Part shown: piece after piece, positions 39,558 through 48,027 of the stretch
Layout: the number at the start of each line of letters is the position of its first letter
How positions within the stretch are numbered: the first letter of the stretch is position 1
Source: a virus
Taxonomy: Duplodnaviria > Caudoviricetes
Length of the DNA: 64,000 nt
IMG/VR virus record: IMGVR_UViG_3300028048_000039
Span: 128,001-192,000 of that record
Strand: one strand, 5' to 3'
The notes under the pieces: generated by a model
Told to the model about the DNA's origin: nothing
Database searches by the model: none
What the model saw: only the letters and a program-made list of their open reading frames with translations
Made by a program: the position numbers and the translations under genes

Positions 39558-39746
39558 ATGAAAATGGCATTAGCAAAAAGAACTGTGGATGGAGTTTGTA
39601 GAGAAGGATTTGCATATAGTTTTAAGATAGACCCTACAACTCTATCAATAATAGTTCCAGCAGATAATGGTAGGGATGCTGTTTTTTTTAATTGGTTTGC
39701 AGATAGAGAAGAATTTAATAAAGTATTTGAAATAATTGAATTATAA
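39558..39746 (+). CDS. Hypothetical protein
   Basis: GGAGG SD. Confidence 0.6.
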   Translation: MKMALAKRTVDGVCREGFAYSFKIDPTTLSIIVPADNGRDAVFFNWFADREEFNKVFEIIEL

Positions 39747-39918
39747 TAGATGTTTACGAAATAAGATACATGCCAGAGAAAGACTGTAGGTATTGTGGTA
39801 AATCTGCCTGCAATTTGAAGCCAAAACACAGGAACTTGAACAAGTGTAAATGCTGTCAATATGGATGGTGGAGGTAACCTCTGTACCAAGTAGAAATAAT
39901 TGCAAAAAATTTATATCT

Positions 39919-40392
39919 ATGAAGATGCTAATAAACAAAGCAAATCCTGCAATCAGGATAACTGCACCAGAGATAGAGGAAGATAAGACCTGTTATTATG
40001 TCGCAGAACTTGCTATTGGTAAGTATAACTGGACTCTTGTTGAGGAAGAAGAAAATATTGATAATATGCCTATTTATTTCAAAATTCCAATAACTACAAG
40101 ATACAGTGATGATTTGTCTTACTTCGATATGAAATTTACTCATGTTGTGAAAACAAATAAATTTTGTGAAAGGGATATTTATGGGGATGAATGCTGTTGT
40201 TATTATGTATCTTCTATATATAAAGCGGTAAAAGATAAAGTTTGGCTTTTTAGCGAACTTGCAGAATGTGGATATGTACCAACTATAGAAGATTTTATAA
40301 GAGGATTATTTAAAGAAATGAAAGATGAAAACGCTGATAAACAAAGCAAATCCTGCAATCAGGATAACCGCACCAGAGATAGAGTCTTATAG
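39919..40392 (+). CDS. Family F paralog
   Basis: MKMLINKANPAIRITAPEI; ~50-bp repeat with the start of 40325. Confidence 0.7.
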   Translation: MKMLINKANPAIRITAPEIEEDKTCYYVAELAIGKYNWTLVEEEENIDNMPIYFKIPITTRYSDDLSYFDMKFTHVVKTNKFCERDIYGDECCCYYVSSIYKAVKDKVWLFSELAECGYVPTIEDFIRGLFKEMKDENADKQSKSCNQDNRTRDRVL

Positions 40393-41161
40393 AAAGTTTT
40401 ATACTTTACCAGATAAAGACTTTCATCATTTATTCAAAATGGAAACTTGGACTCTCGTTGAGGAAGAGCCAGAAATGACAAAGTACTTGAGATTTGGAGA
40501 CATTCCAGAAAACGGAAAATCAAAAATATGGAGAGGAGAAGAATGTGTTGGTGAGGAAGAAGGGGTTTCTGTATATGAAATAAGATTGGATAAAGACAAA
40601 CATATCTCTATATGTCTTCCGTTCCCTTTTCATAGAGATACATTAGACACACTATGTGTTTTGACTAAATATGATAATCGTCCTTGCTATACTGTTACAG
40701 GAGAATATGTCGGCAAAGGAACTGATGGCGAACCTCTTATCAGTAATGTACAAATAGAGGAAGAATTTCCTAAAATAATTTCTGATGAAAAGATGAAACA
40801 AATGGGAGAAGAAATTTCCAAAGCGGCAGTTGATAACATTAGAGAGCGGTTCAATAAGATAGTTGAACCTGAACTAGTTGACTTAGAGAAAGCGGCAGAA
40901 GAATATGCAGACAAGCACGGATTTAGAGTTCCTTATGATGGTTCTAACAACTTCTACGATGATGTAGATGTTAAAGCATCTTTAGAAGGTTTCAAGGCAG
41001 GCGCCAGGTGGATGGAGGAACAAGGAGAATCAAATAATTGGAAACCAACCAAAGAGCAGATAGAATATCTTTCAAAAGCAATCTTAACTCTTGGAGAAGA
41101 AGGGGATGGCAAGACTACTGCCGTATTAAATGGGTTAAGAAAAGATTTGAAAAATTTATAA
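40325..41161 (+). CDS. Family F mosaic protein
   Basis: F N-module + 'YLRFGDIPENGKS...EEGVSVY' domain + 144-bp repeat module + WKPTKEQ module. Confidence 0.75.
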   Translation: MKTLINKANPAIRITAPEIESYRKFYTLPDKDFHHLFKMETWTLVEEEPEMTKYLRFGDIPENGKSKIWRGEECVGEEEGVSVYEIRLDKDKHISICLPFPFHRDTLDTLCVLTKYDNRPCYTVTGEYVGKGTDGEPLISNVQIEEEFPKIISDEKMKQMGEEISKAAVDNIRERFNKIVEPELVDLEKAAEEYADKHGFRVPYDGSNNFYDDVDVKASLEGFKAGARWMEEQGESNNWKPTKEQIEYLSKAILTLGEEGDGKTTAVLNGLRKDLKNL

Positions 41162-41173
41162 GGAGATTGAGTT

Positions 41174-41371
41174 ATGACACGCAAAGAAGAAATCCAATTT
41201 AATGACGGTGTTTGGTTCGCTATCCAAACTATTGTTGTGGATTATGATGAGCCTACTATTGCGAGACACATCTTGTCTGAGCTAAAAATAGATAAAAAGG
41301 AAATGCGTAGATGCCAGAAAAAGTCAGGCTATTTAGATGAGATAATGAGGGAGTTTATTAATAACTGTTAG
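41174..41371 (+). CDS. Hypothetical protein
   Basis: AAGGAG SD. Confidence 0.6.
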   Translation: MTRKEEIQFNDGVWFAIQTIVVDYDEPTIARHILSELKIDKKEMRRCQKKSGYLDEIMREFINNC

Positions 41372-41421
41372 ACACTATGACAATGAGTTAATAAAAGATT
41401 TGAAGAAACTATAACAAAGAA

Positions 41422-41700
41422 ATGAAATTCAAACAGATAAGCAAAACATTTAGCGATGAAACGGCTTCCTTTGCCGTAAGTGACTACAAAGCCACCACGA
41501 TTGGTGAATTCGTGGATGAAGTCTTGAAGGAGAACCCAAAAGAATGGGGGAAGATAGAGGTGGTAGGCGGGTATGAGTGTGAATATAGATATGGCGAACT
41601 CCTATCCGAACTACCAGAAATGATAATGGGAAGGCATATCTCCGAAATAAAAGGACACGGAGGTTGGGGTATGATGAATTATATAATCTACTGTAAATAA
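41422..41700 (+). CDS. Hypothetical protein
   Basis: 92-aa ORF. Confidence 0.65.
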   Translation: MKFKQISKTFSDETASFAVSDYKATTIGEFVDEVLKENPKEWGKIEVVGGYECEYRYGELLSELPEMIMGRHISEIKGHGGWGMMNYIIYCK

Positions 41701-41703
41701 GTT

Positions 41704-42459
41704 ATGAAGATAGAAGATTTCCATAATAAGATTTTTAATGAAGACTGTCTTGTTGGTATGAAAGATATACCTGACAAGTCAGTCAATCTTATATTAGTTG
41801 ATTTGCCTTATGGCATTACAGCAGCAAAGTGGGATAATGTTATTCCTATGGACTTACTTTGGGAAGAATACAAGAGAATCATAACTGACAATGGTGTAAT
41901 TTTGATTTTTGGGCAGGAACCATTTTCTTCTAAAGTTAGGACAAGCAACCTTGAAATGTATAAGTATGACATTATATGGAAAAAGCAAAAGCCTAGTAAT
42001 TTTCAACTTATGGGATACCAAATGGGGAGGGTAACTGAAAACATAATGGTATTTTCTAAAGCAAAAGCATGTTATACAAAGAACGGAGTAGCAATGACAT
42101 ATAATCCGCAACTAACCAAGCGAGATAAAGTTAGAAGGGCAAATGCCAAGATATATGGAAAGGCGGAAATGTTGCACGCATATAAGACTAACGATAACTT
42201 TAAAGAGTATGAATATAAGCAACCTATTAATGTAGTTGAATTTAATACTGTGGTAAAAAATAAAAAGCATCCAACAGAGAAACCAGTAAAGTTGCTTGAA
42301 TATCTCATCAAAACTTTTTCAAATGAAGGCGATGTTGTCCTAGATAGTTGTATGGGTGTTGGAAGCACTTGTGTAGCAGCAAAGAATTGTGGCAGAAATT
42401 ACATTGGCTATGAAATTAATGAAGATTACTTTAATGAAGCCGTAAAAAGATTAATATAA
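41704..42459 (+). CDS. Orphan N6/N4 DNA methyltransferase (beta class)
   Basis: DLPY (motif IV) precedes HPTEKP and 'LDSCMGVGST' (motif I). Confidence 0.9.
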   Translation: MKIEDFHNKIFNEDCLVGMKDIPDKSVNLILVDLPYGITAAKWDNVIPMDLLWEEYKRIITDNGVILIFGQEPFSSKVRTSNLEMYKYDIIWKKQKPSNFQLMGYQMGRVTENIMVFSKAKACYTKNGVAMTYNPQLTKRDKVRRANAKIYGKAEMLHAYKTNDNFKEYEYKQPINVVEFNTVVKNKKHPTEKPVKLLEYLIKTFSNEGDVVLDSCMGVGSTCVAAKNCGRNYIGYEINEDYFNEAVKRLI

Positions 42460-42614
42460 TGAGTGTGAAGTATTTGGCAAGAAATAGTGTTTTATGCCAA
42501 AATTTAGTGAATCAGGTAGAAAAAATTGCAAAAACTTTCTACATGATTTTGTTTTATTTAGAAAGTTTTTGTATATTCGCACCAAAGGAACAACAAATAA
42601 AAATATATTATATT

Positions 42615-43481
42615 ATGTTTACGAAAGAAGATTATATGAAATTAGATAAGGAGAGATTGGCTGAACTCCTTGTTGAAAGGGATGCGGAAGATAAGAATAG
42701 GCAACCATTTGTCTTTCCTGAATTTCCTGCTACGCCACCAGTTAATCCTGTGAAGTATCCATATGGAACTCCACTTTGTCCGTATGGTGGTGCTTGTACC
42801 AATCCATTCCGTGATTGTGTGAATTGCCCAGGAGTGATTAGCACTGGTGGAGGTTATCAATGGCAGACTGACACAAAGACAACAAATGGTACTACATTTT
42901 CATGTTCCGTAAATGATGATGGAAATTTTAATTCATCAATGACAAGTCAGCCAAACAAGTACGGAACGATTACTCCTACTTCACAAGAAGAAGATTCCGA
43001 TAATGACACTTATGAGAAAGGTTATGAGAATGGTTGGGCAGATTGTCTTGAACAGGCAAAGGGCAATGTGAAAGATTGGATATACAATAAGGGGTTCCAT
43101 GATGGTGAGAAACAGGCAGAAGACAAGATGCAAGAACGCCTTGAAGAAGAATGGGCAAAAGGCAACGATGTCGGTTATGAAGATGGAGGAGATGATATGC
43201 TTATGCAGATGCCACATTGGAAGAAAGTTGATGAAGATTCAATTCTTGGAGAAGGCACAAGGGGTTGTATCAATGGCAATATCTATTGTGATGGTTGGTA
43301 TGTCACCCTCAATGAACTTGAGAAGAAACTGCCGAGAGATGAGGGAACTATCTATTGTGATAGTGTTCATATTGATTATATCAATGAAGAAGAAGGGCTT
43401 GAAGAAGATGATGAGAGCATTGCCGAAGGGTGTGATGAATGGAGCAAATTTTATAATAAATACAAGAACAAGAAGAAATGA
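42615..43481 (+). CDS. Hypothetical protein with Cys cluster and 'YEKGY' repeats
   Basis: Track start 42459 runs through the promoter; ATG 42615 lies downstream of it. Confidence 0.7.
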   Translation: MFTKEDYMKLDKERLAELLVERDAEDKNRQPFVFPEFPATPPVNPVKYPYGTPLCPYGGACTNPFRDCVNCPGVISTGGGYQWQTDTKTTNGTTFSCSVNDDGNFNSSMTSQPNKYGTITPTSQEEDSDNDTYEKGYENGWADCLEQAKGNVKDWIYNKGFHDGEKQAEDKMQERLEEEWAKGNDVGYEDGGDDMLMQMPHWKKVDEDSILGEGTRGCINGNIYCDGWYVTLNELEKKLPRDEGTIYCDSVHIDYINEEEGLEEDDESIAEGCDEWSKFYNKYKNKKK

Positions 43482-43696
43482 CAAAATTTATTTACATTAA
43501 GGATTTGGAAGGAGTGCATACCTATTGGGGTGCCGATGAACTCCTCATTGCAAAGGATGACATTGTAAGGGTTGAGAAAACCAAGAACAAGATTACCGTT
43601 GTCAATAAGAACGGCAGTGATATTACCTTGCATTCAGAAAACGAGGAAAAGATTAATGACCTGTGGGGAACTTTCCTGTGGGAGTTAGGAGATTAG
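43478..43696 (+). CDS. Hypothetical protein
   Basis: ATGA-coupled. Confidence 0.65.
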   Translation: MTKFIYIKDLEGVHTYWGADELLIAKDDIVRVEKTKNKITVVNKNGSDITLHSENEEKINDLWGTFLWELGD

Positions 43697-43700
43697 CGTT

Positions 43701-44321
43701 ATGACAATAGAAGAAGCAATAAGAGCAAGACTTGACAGGTTTAATAGACTGTGGCTTGCAGCAGAAGGGCATGCCTTTGAGGATGACCCAAGTGTAAAGA
43801 GAAAGAAATATGAGGAAGACATCAAGGAATGGAATGAGAAGATGCAGAAACGCTGTGAAGAACTCGGTTTCCATTCTGAAGATGACTATTATTGGTATAT
43901 GATTGATAAAAAGAATGACAATCCCGATTTCAAGATTGATGAGGAAATAACGAACCTTTGGCATACAAAACCAAACTACGATTCTCTTTATGACTACGAA
44001 ATACTCTGTATCAATGAGGGAAAAAAGATTGCTGAATTCGTTGCCAACCTTGATGGTGACACCCATAAGAATTGGGAAGAACTCTGTGGGGGAGAGAACC
44101 CATCCCTTTGGACTTTGGTGGAAAACATTAAGAAGAAAGGTTGTGATTTAGATGACGGGCATAGCGGAAACTCTATGGGAATGTCAGTTTTATTTGCCAA
44201 TTCATTGTTATTCAATAGAGATATATTTCCTTATTTACACGGAGCACTTGCACCTTTAGTTGGAGATAAGGGTTATCACGATGATAGGAAAGATATACCA
44301 AAGGAACTTATTAAGAAATGA
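43701..44321 (+). CDS. Hypothetical protein
   Basis: 'DDGHSGNS...HGALAPLVG'. Confidence 0.7.
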   Translation: MTIEEAIRARLDRFNRLWLAAEGHAFEDDPSVKRKKYEEDIKEWNEKMQKRCEELGFHSEDDYYWYMIDKKNDNPDFKIDEEITNLWHTKPNYDSLYDYEILCINEGKKIAEFVANLDGDTHKNWEELCGGENPSLWTLVENIKKKGCDLDDGHSGNSMGMSVLFANSLLFNRDIFPYLHGALAPLVGDKGYHDDRKDIPKELIKK

Positions 44322-44482
44322 AACCATACGGAAGAGAAAAAACGATTAAGGGGGATACTTGGAAAACTGACTGCCATCCACGGAAAGGTTGGGCTAATTG
44401 GTGGGAAAAGATTGCTGAATGCATCCCAAGAAGCACAATGAAACAAAGAATGAAGAAAGAAATAGAAAAGGAGGAAGAATAA
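44318..44482 (+). CDS. Small hypothetical protein (MKPYGREK...NWWE)
   Basis: 54 codons, ATGA-coupled. Confidence 0.6.
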   Translation: MKPYGREKTIKGDTWKTDCHPRKGWANWWEKIAECIPRSTMKQRMKKEIEKEEE

Positions 44483-44484
44483 AG

Positions 44485-44715
44485 ATGAAAGGATTTTTCA
44501 GAAATAAATGGTTAAATCTGGCATACATAATCATATGTATCTTGATTATCGTGGTATATTATTGCTCAATTATCTTTGGATGGCTGAAGAATGAGCCAAA
44601 GGAGAAGCCGATAGTTAAGACAGAACTGTCCGCAGAAGATTCTTTAAGGGCAAAGATTGTTTTTGAGGATATTTGGGATTGCAACCTTAACTTTAATAAT
44701 GATGAAGATATCTAG
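44485..44715 (+). CDS. Single-TM membrane protein
   Basis: AGGAGG SD; hydrophobic segment. Confidence 0.6.
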   Translation: MKGFFRNKWLNLAYIIICILIIVVYYCSIIFGWLKNEPKEKPIVKTELSAEDSLRAKIVFEDIWDCNLNFNNDEDI

Positions 44716-44718
44716 GAT

Positions 44719-44898
44719 ATGGAACTAGAATTGGAAACTACCGGCACAATAATTCACTCTGATGAGGGTGACGGAAAGCCATGGGAAAGGTTTTGTCTGG
44801 AGATGGATTTCAAAGATGGCAAGGAAGAGTGGGAAAAACTCAAGGAAGCCGGCTTCAAGGAAGGTGATAAGGTGAGGATAAAGATAGAAAAATCTTGA
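44719..44898 (+). CDS. Small hypothetical protein
   Basis: 59 codons. Confidence 0.55.
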   Translation: MELELETTGTIIHSDEGDGKPWERFCLEMDFKDGKEEWEKLKEAGFKEGDKVRIKIEKS

Positions 44899-44929
44899 CA
44901 AATTTTCAAGATTGGTTATATTTATAGAA

Positions 44930-45056
44930 AGAAGAACCCGCAGCCGTTATCTACGGGGGACTCGTGACGTTAAGGATAAAATGTCCTTAAGCCACTGATA
45001 AGTAAAAATTCATTAAAAATGGAAGCCGCAGGTTTTATTTCCTGCGGTTTTCTTTT
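44930..45056 (+). ncRNA. Candidate small structured RNA
   Basis: TTGACA-N16-TATATT(TATA) upstream; GC-rich hairpins; terminator GCCGCAGG/CCTGCGGT + T-tract; no ORF. Confidence 0.4.
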
Positions 45057-45109
45057 GAGGTTATTGGGGGCAACATGTATATAGTTCCCAAAAAATAAAA
45101 CCGTAGAAT

Positions 45110-45511
45110 TTAATCTACGGTTTTTTCGTATTTAATGACGTTTGAACAAATTCCGTCGCATTCTCGGAAGGTACCTTCAATTATTTCACTCCCCTCAGGT
45201 ATTAAGCAGGAAACAACGATGTACTTAAACTTCTCGTCCTTATTCTCCTTATTATACTTTTCAGCATTGGCTATTGCATCTTCCTTCTTCTTGAATGAAT
45301 GGAACGCATTTCCTCTAATAAGGAAGTCACCATTCTTGAGAACTTTCTTTTCCATTTCCTCTCCGGTATGATATTCCTTCCCCAGTGATACCAGCATCAT
45401 ATGAAACGGTGCTGAGTAGATTTTATCACCATGGTCCCGGAGCACCTTGTAACAGGTTATTTCCTTCTTTGCTTTCTTAAATCTCGTCTTTCCTTCAACT
45501 TTTAAACACAT
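45110..45511 (-). CDS. Family B paralog (minus strand)
   Basis: CYKV / AFHSF / CLIPEG. Confidence 0.8.
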   Translation of the reverse strand: MCLKVEGKTRFKKAKKEITCYKVLRDHGDKIYSAPFHMMLVSLGKEYHTGEEMEKKVLKNGDFLIRGNAFHSFKKKEDAIANAEKYNKENKDEKFKYIVVSCLIPEGSEIIEGTFRECDGICSNVIKYEKTVD

Positions 45512-45936
45512 AGTTTTTTTCCTTCATGAATTATTTTGTAAATTTGTTTCCCGACATGAATTGCTGCCATTTGTTTGGCTGATTTAGGGGAAAAGTCTTT
45601 TTCAACACGATTATAAAGATATTCTTTTTCCAATTCGGGAATTATATATTCTATGAATTTCTCTGGATTCTGTAATTTTGCATACTGAACGTTATATTGG
45701 TTCTCTGAATTGAAAAGAACCAAAAGAACTTCAAAAGCCGCAGCCACATATTTTTCATTGCCTTCCATAAGCGACTTATCCACAATTTCTTTCTCGATAA
45801 GATAATTACCGACGACAAGGCAGTTATATGATAAGACTTTAAAGTCTTCAGTCGTATAGTCATTTGTAAGGTACGCCCCATACTTGTCTTCCCATATTTT
45901 AGCCACTTTGTCTATATCTTCTTTAATATTATCCAT
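45502..45936 (-). CDS. Family G hypothetical protein
   Basis: 'EGN...FEVL..L...L.NPEKFIEY...KEYL' shared with 57467 and 57093. Confidence 0.7.
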   Translation of the reverse strand: MDNIKEDIDKVAKIWEDKYGAYLTNDYTTEDFKVLSYNCLVVGNYLIEKEIVDKSLMEGNEKYVAAAFEVLLVLFNSENQYNVQYAKLQNPEKFIEYIIPELEKEYLYNRVEKDFSPKSAKQMAAIHVGKQIYKIIHEGKKLCV

Positions 45937-46033
45937 ACATCGCAAATATACAAAAATTTCTTGAAATTAAAAAGTTATTCCCGTTTTTTTTGTTTTCTCG
46001 TTTCTTTTTTGTATATTTGCATTAATCAAATAA

Positions 46034-46615
46034 ATGCATATGATAGACGTAATTAAGACTGACATTGAAGATGTTGTAATAATTGAACCAAAAGTATTTG
46101 GCGATGAGAGGGGTTACTTCCTCGAAAGCTGGAATGAGAGTGACTTCAATAAGTTCGTAAGGTCAGTAAATTTCGTACAGGATAATGAGAGCAAGAGTTG
46201 TTATGGCGTGTTAAGGGGCCTTCATTTTCAGAAAGGTAATTCAGCACAGAGCAAGCTCGTTAGGGTTATTCGTGGAAAGGTAATTGATGTTGCGGTTGAC
46301 ATTAGGAGAGGTTCCCCAACATTTGGAAAGCACGTAGCCGTTGAATTGACGGAAGATAATCACAGGCAGTTATTCATTCCTCGTGGATTTGCTCATGGTT
46401 TTGTCGTCCTAAGCGATGAAGCAGTATTCCAATATAAGTGTGACCGCCTTTACAATCCATGGGCTGAAGGCGCAATTGCCTGGAATGACCCGGCATTGGA
46501 AATTGACTGGAAGATACCGGCTGAGGATGTCATTCTCTCAGAGAAGGATAAGAAACATCCATTACTCTCAGAGGCACCAGAATTGTTTGATTACAACATT
46601 GATTACTATGCTTAG
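46034..46615 (+). CDS. rfbC: dTDP-4-dehydrorhamnose 3,5-epimerase
   Basis: 'FGDERGYF.ES', 'QDNES.S', 'LRGLHFQ', 'DVAVDIR.GSPTFG', 'GFAHGF', 'YKCD', 'LSEKD'. Confidence 0.95.
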   Translation: MHMIDVIKTDIEDVVIIEPKVFGDERGYFLESWNESDFNKFVRSVNFVQDNESKSCYGVLRGLHFQKGNSAQSKLVRVIRGKVIDVAVDIRRGSPTFGKHVAVELTEDNHRQLFIPRGFAHGFVVLSDEAVFQYKCDRLYNPWAEGAIAWNDPALEIDWKIPAEDVILSEKDKKHPLLSEAPELFDYNIDYYA

Positions 46616-46650
46616 TGATTTATTGAGAATTTTTTTGTATATTTGACAAT

Positions 46651-46944
46651 ATGAAACGAATAATCTTTTGGAATTGCAGTGACTATGAATATGTTATCCT
46701 TGATGATGATTGTGATATGCTCTATGGGCAGAAAGACAACTTCGTTAGGACTGATATTAAGGTAGGACTGACAGATGCTGACATTGAAAAAGTTAAGGAA
46801 ATTCTCAAGATAGAAAATAAAGAGAAAGTGGATTTTGAAGAAGGTGCAAAGGCACTTGTTGATTTTGAAAGGAAACTTCGGGAGTCACAGATAGATGATG
46901 GTCTGCATCTTTCCGAAGAAGATTTATGGGAACTATTAGATTAA
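46651..46944 (+). pseudogene. C-terminal fragment of a HAD 'Swiss-army-knife RNA repair'-type domain
   Basis: 'YVILDD..DML..Q..NFVRTD...GLT' without the N-terminal DxD motif. Confidence 0.5.
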
Positions 46945-46950
46945 GATATT

Positions 46951-47268
46951 ATGAAAGTTAAGATTACACTAATCAATACAACAAAAGACAAGCAAGGCAT
47001 CAAGGAACTTAAAGAGTGCAAGACATCAATTGAAAGTGGTGAGTTCTTTGACTATATAGAGGATTATTTTAATGCCAACGCCACTTATGAAGAGATTGGT
47101 AATGAAAGACAATTCAAGACAAGGATTACGATTATTGCCGAAACAGATACACCCGAAGGCATTGAAAAACTGATGGAGATAAAGAACAGCATCCTGTCAG
47201 GAGAAGTGCAGAGAAAGAACGATTGGAAGATAAAAACAAAGGCAACATTTGAATATATTAAAAAGTAA
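46951..47268 (+). CDS. Hypothetical protein with internal duplication
   Basis: 'KITL...GIKELKE.K.SI.SGE' occurs twice. Confidence 0.65.
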   Translation: MKVKITLINTTKDKQGIKELKECKTSIESGEFFDYIEDYFNANATYEEIGNERQFKTRITIIAETDTPEGIEKLMEIKNSILSGEVQRKNDWKIKTKATFEYIKK

Positions 47269-47279
47269 AAAGATATACT

Positions 47280-47852
47280 ATGGATTTAATTGAAACATCA
47301 TTTGGAAAAAAAGACAGTGAACTCCAAAATTGGACTTACAATATCCCCGAAGGATATGAAGCAATTATTGAAGGGAATAAGGTAATCGTTAGGAAGAAAG
47401 GCCCTATATTCACTCCTTTTGAACAGAAGTTGAAGGAGATTGTGGATTCTTATAATGATGGTGGTGCGATAACTGATAAAGGTGTTGTTTATTATGCTAA
47501 TCAACTCCTTGCCATCGCAAAAAAAGAATTTGAGGAAGAATTAAAGGATAAGCAGGAGTTGAGTTCAGAAGTCATCAAGAAAGTGGAGAAAGATGCAGAA
47601 GAAAAATTCTTGAAAGACAATATTACCGAAGATATGATTTCAGAAGAAGTTGCTTCCCGACTCCAAAAGTGCGGATGGTATGTGAGAGAAAGAAATGATT
47701 TTCCTATTTGGAAGAAGATACCATTGGGATTCGTCAGTTATCAGCATCATATGGAACCAACCCTTGTCGGACTTGATGAGATTGTCTATAAGGGTTATAT
47801 ACTTGACAAGAATGAGTTTAGCAAACTGAAGAATTTACCTTTTGATTATTAA
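47280..47852 (+). CDS. Hypothetical protein
   Basis: 'IPEGYEA.IEG..V', 'FTPFEQKL' modules. Confidence 0.65.
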   Translation: MDLIETSFGKKDSELQNWTYNIPEGYEAIIEGNKVIVRKKGPIFTPFEQKLKEIVDSYNDGGAITDKGVVYYANQLLAIAKKEFEEELKDKQELSSEVIKKVEKDAEEKFLKDNITEDMISEEVASRLQKCGWYVRERNDFPIWKKIPLGFVSYQHHMEPTLVGLDEIVYKGYILDKNEFSKLKNLPFDY

Positions 47853-47856
47853 GAAT

Positions 47857-48021
47857 ATGATTGAAGTTATAAAACACGGAAAATATGTTACAGGGTTAGA
47901 ATGCTCTTATTGTGGTTGCATGTTTACCTATAATAGAAATGGTGATGATACGGAGTTGGATGATGAAAGTAATGAATTTCTCTATTGTCCTGAATGCCAC
48001 AAGAAGATAATTGTGAGATAA
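47857..48021 (+). CDS. Small zinc-ribbon protein
   Basis: CSYCGC...CPEC, 54 codons. Confidence 0.65.
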   Translation: MIEVIKHGKYVTGLECSYCGCMFTYNRNGDDTELDDESNEFLYCPECHKKIIVR

Positions 48022-48027
48022 GTAAAT

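Noticed and set aside
40070-40077. CTATTTAT inside a CDS as a late promoter
   Set aside because: Intragenic and not positioned before a start; expected by chance in AT-rich DNA
21762-41023. Diversity-generating retroelement TR/VR pair
   Set aside because: Three of four mismatches are at A but one is not, both copies are in-frame coding modules, and no reverse transcriptase is in the window
44930-45030. Hammerhead ribozyme or cobalamin riboswitch (CTGATAAG, GCCACTG)
   Set aside because: Core CUGANGA/GAAA geometry and B12-box context could not be built
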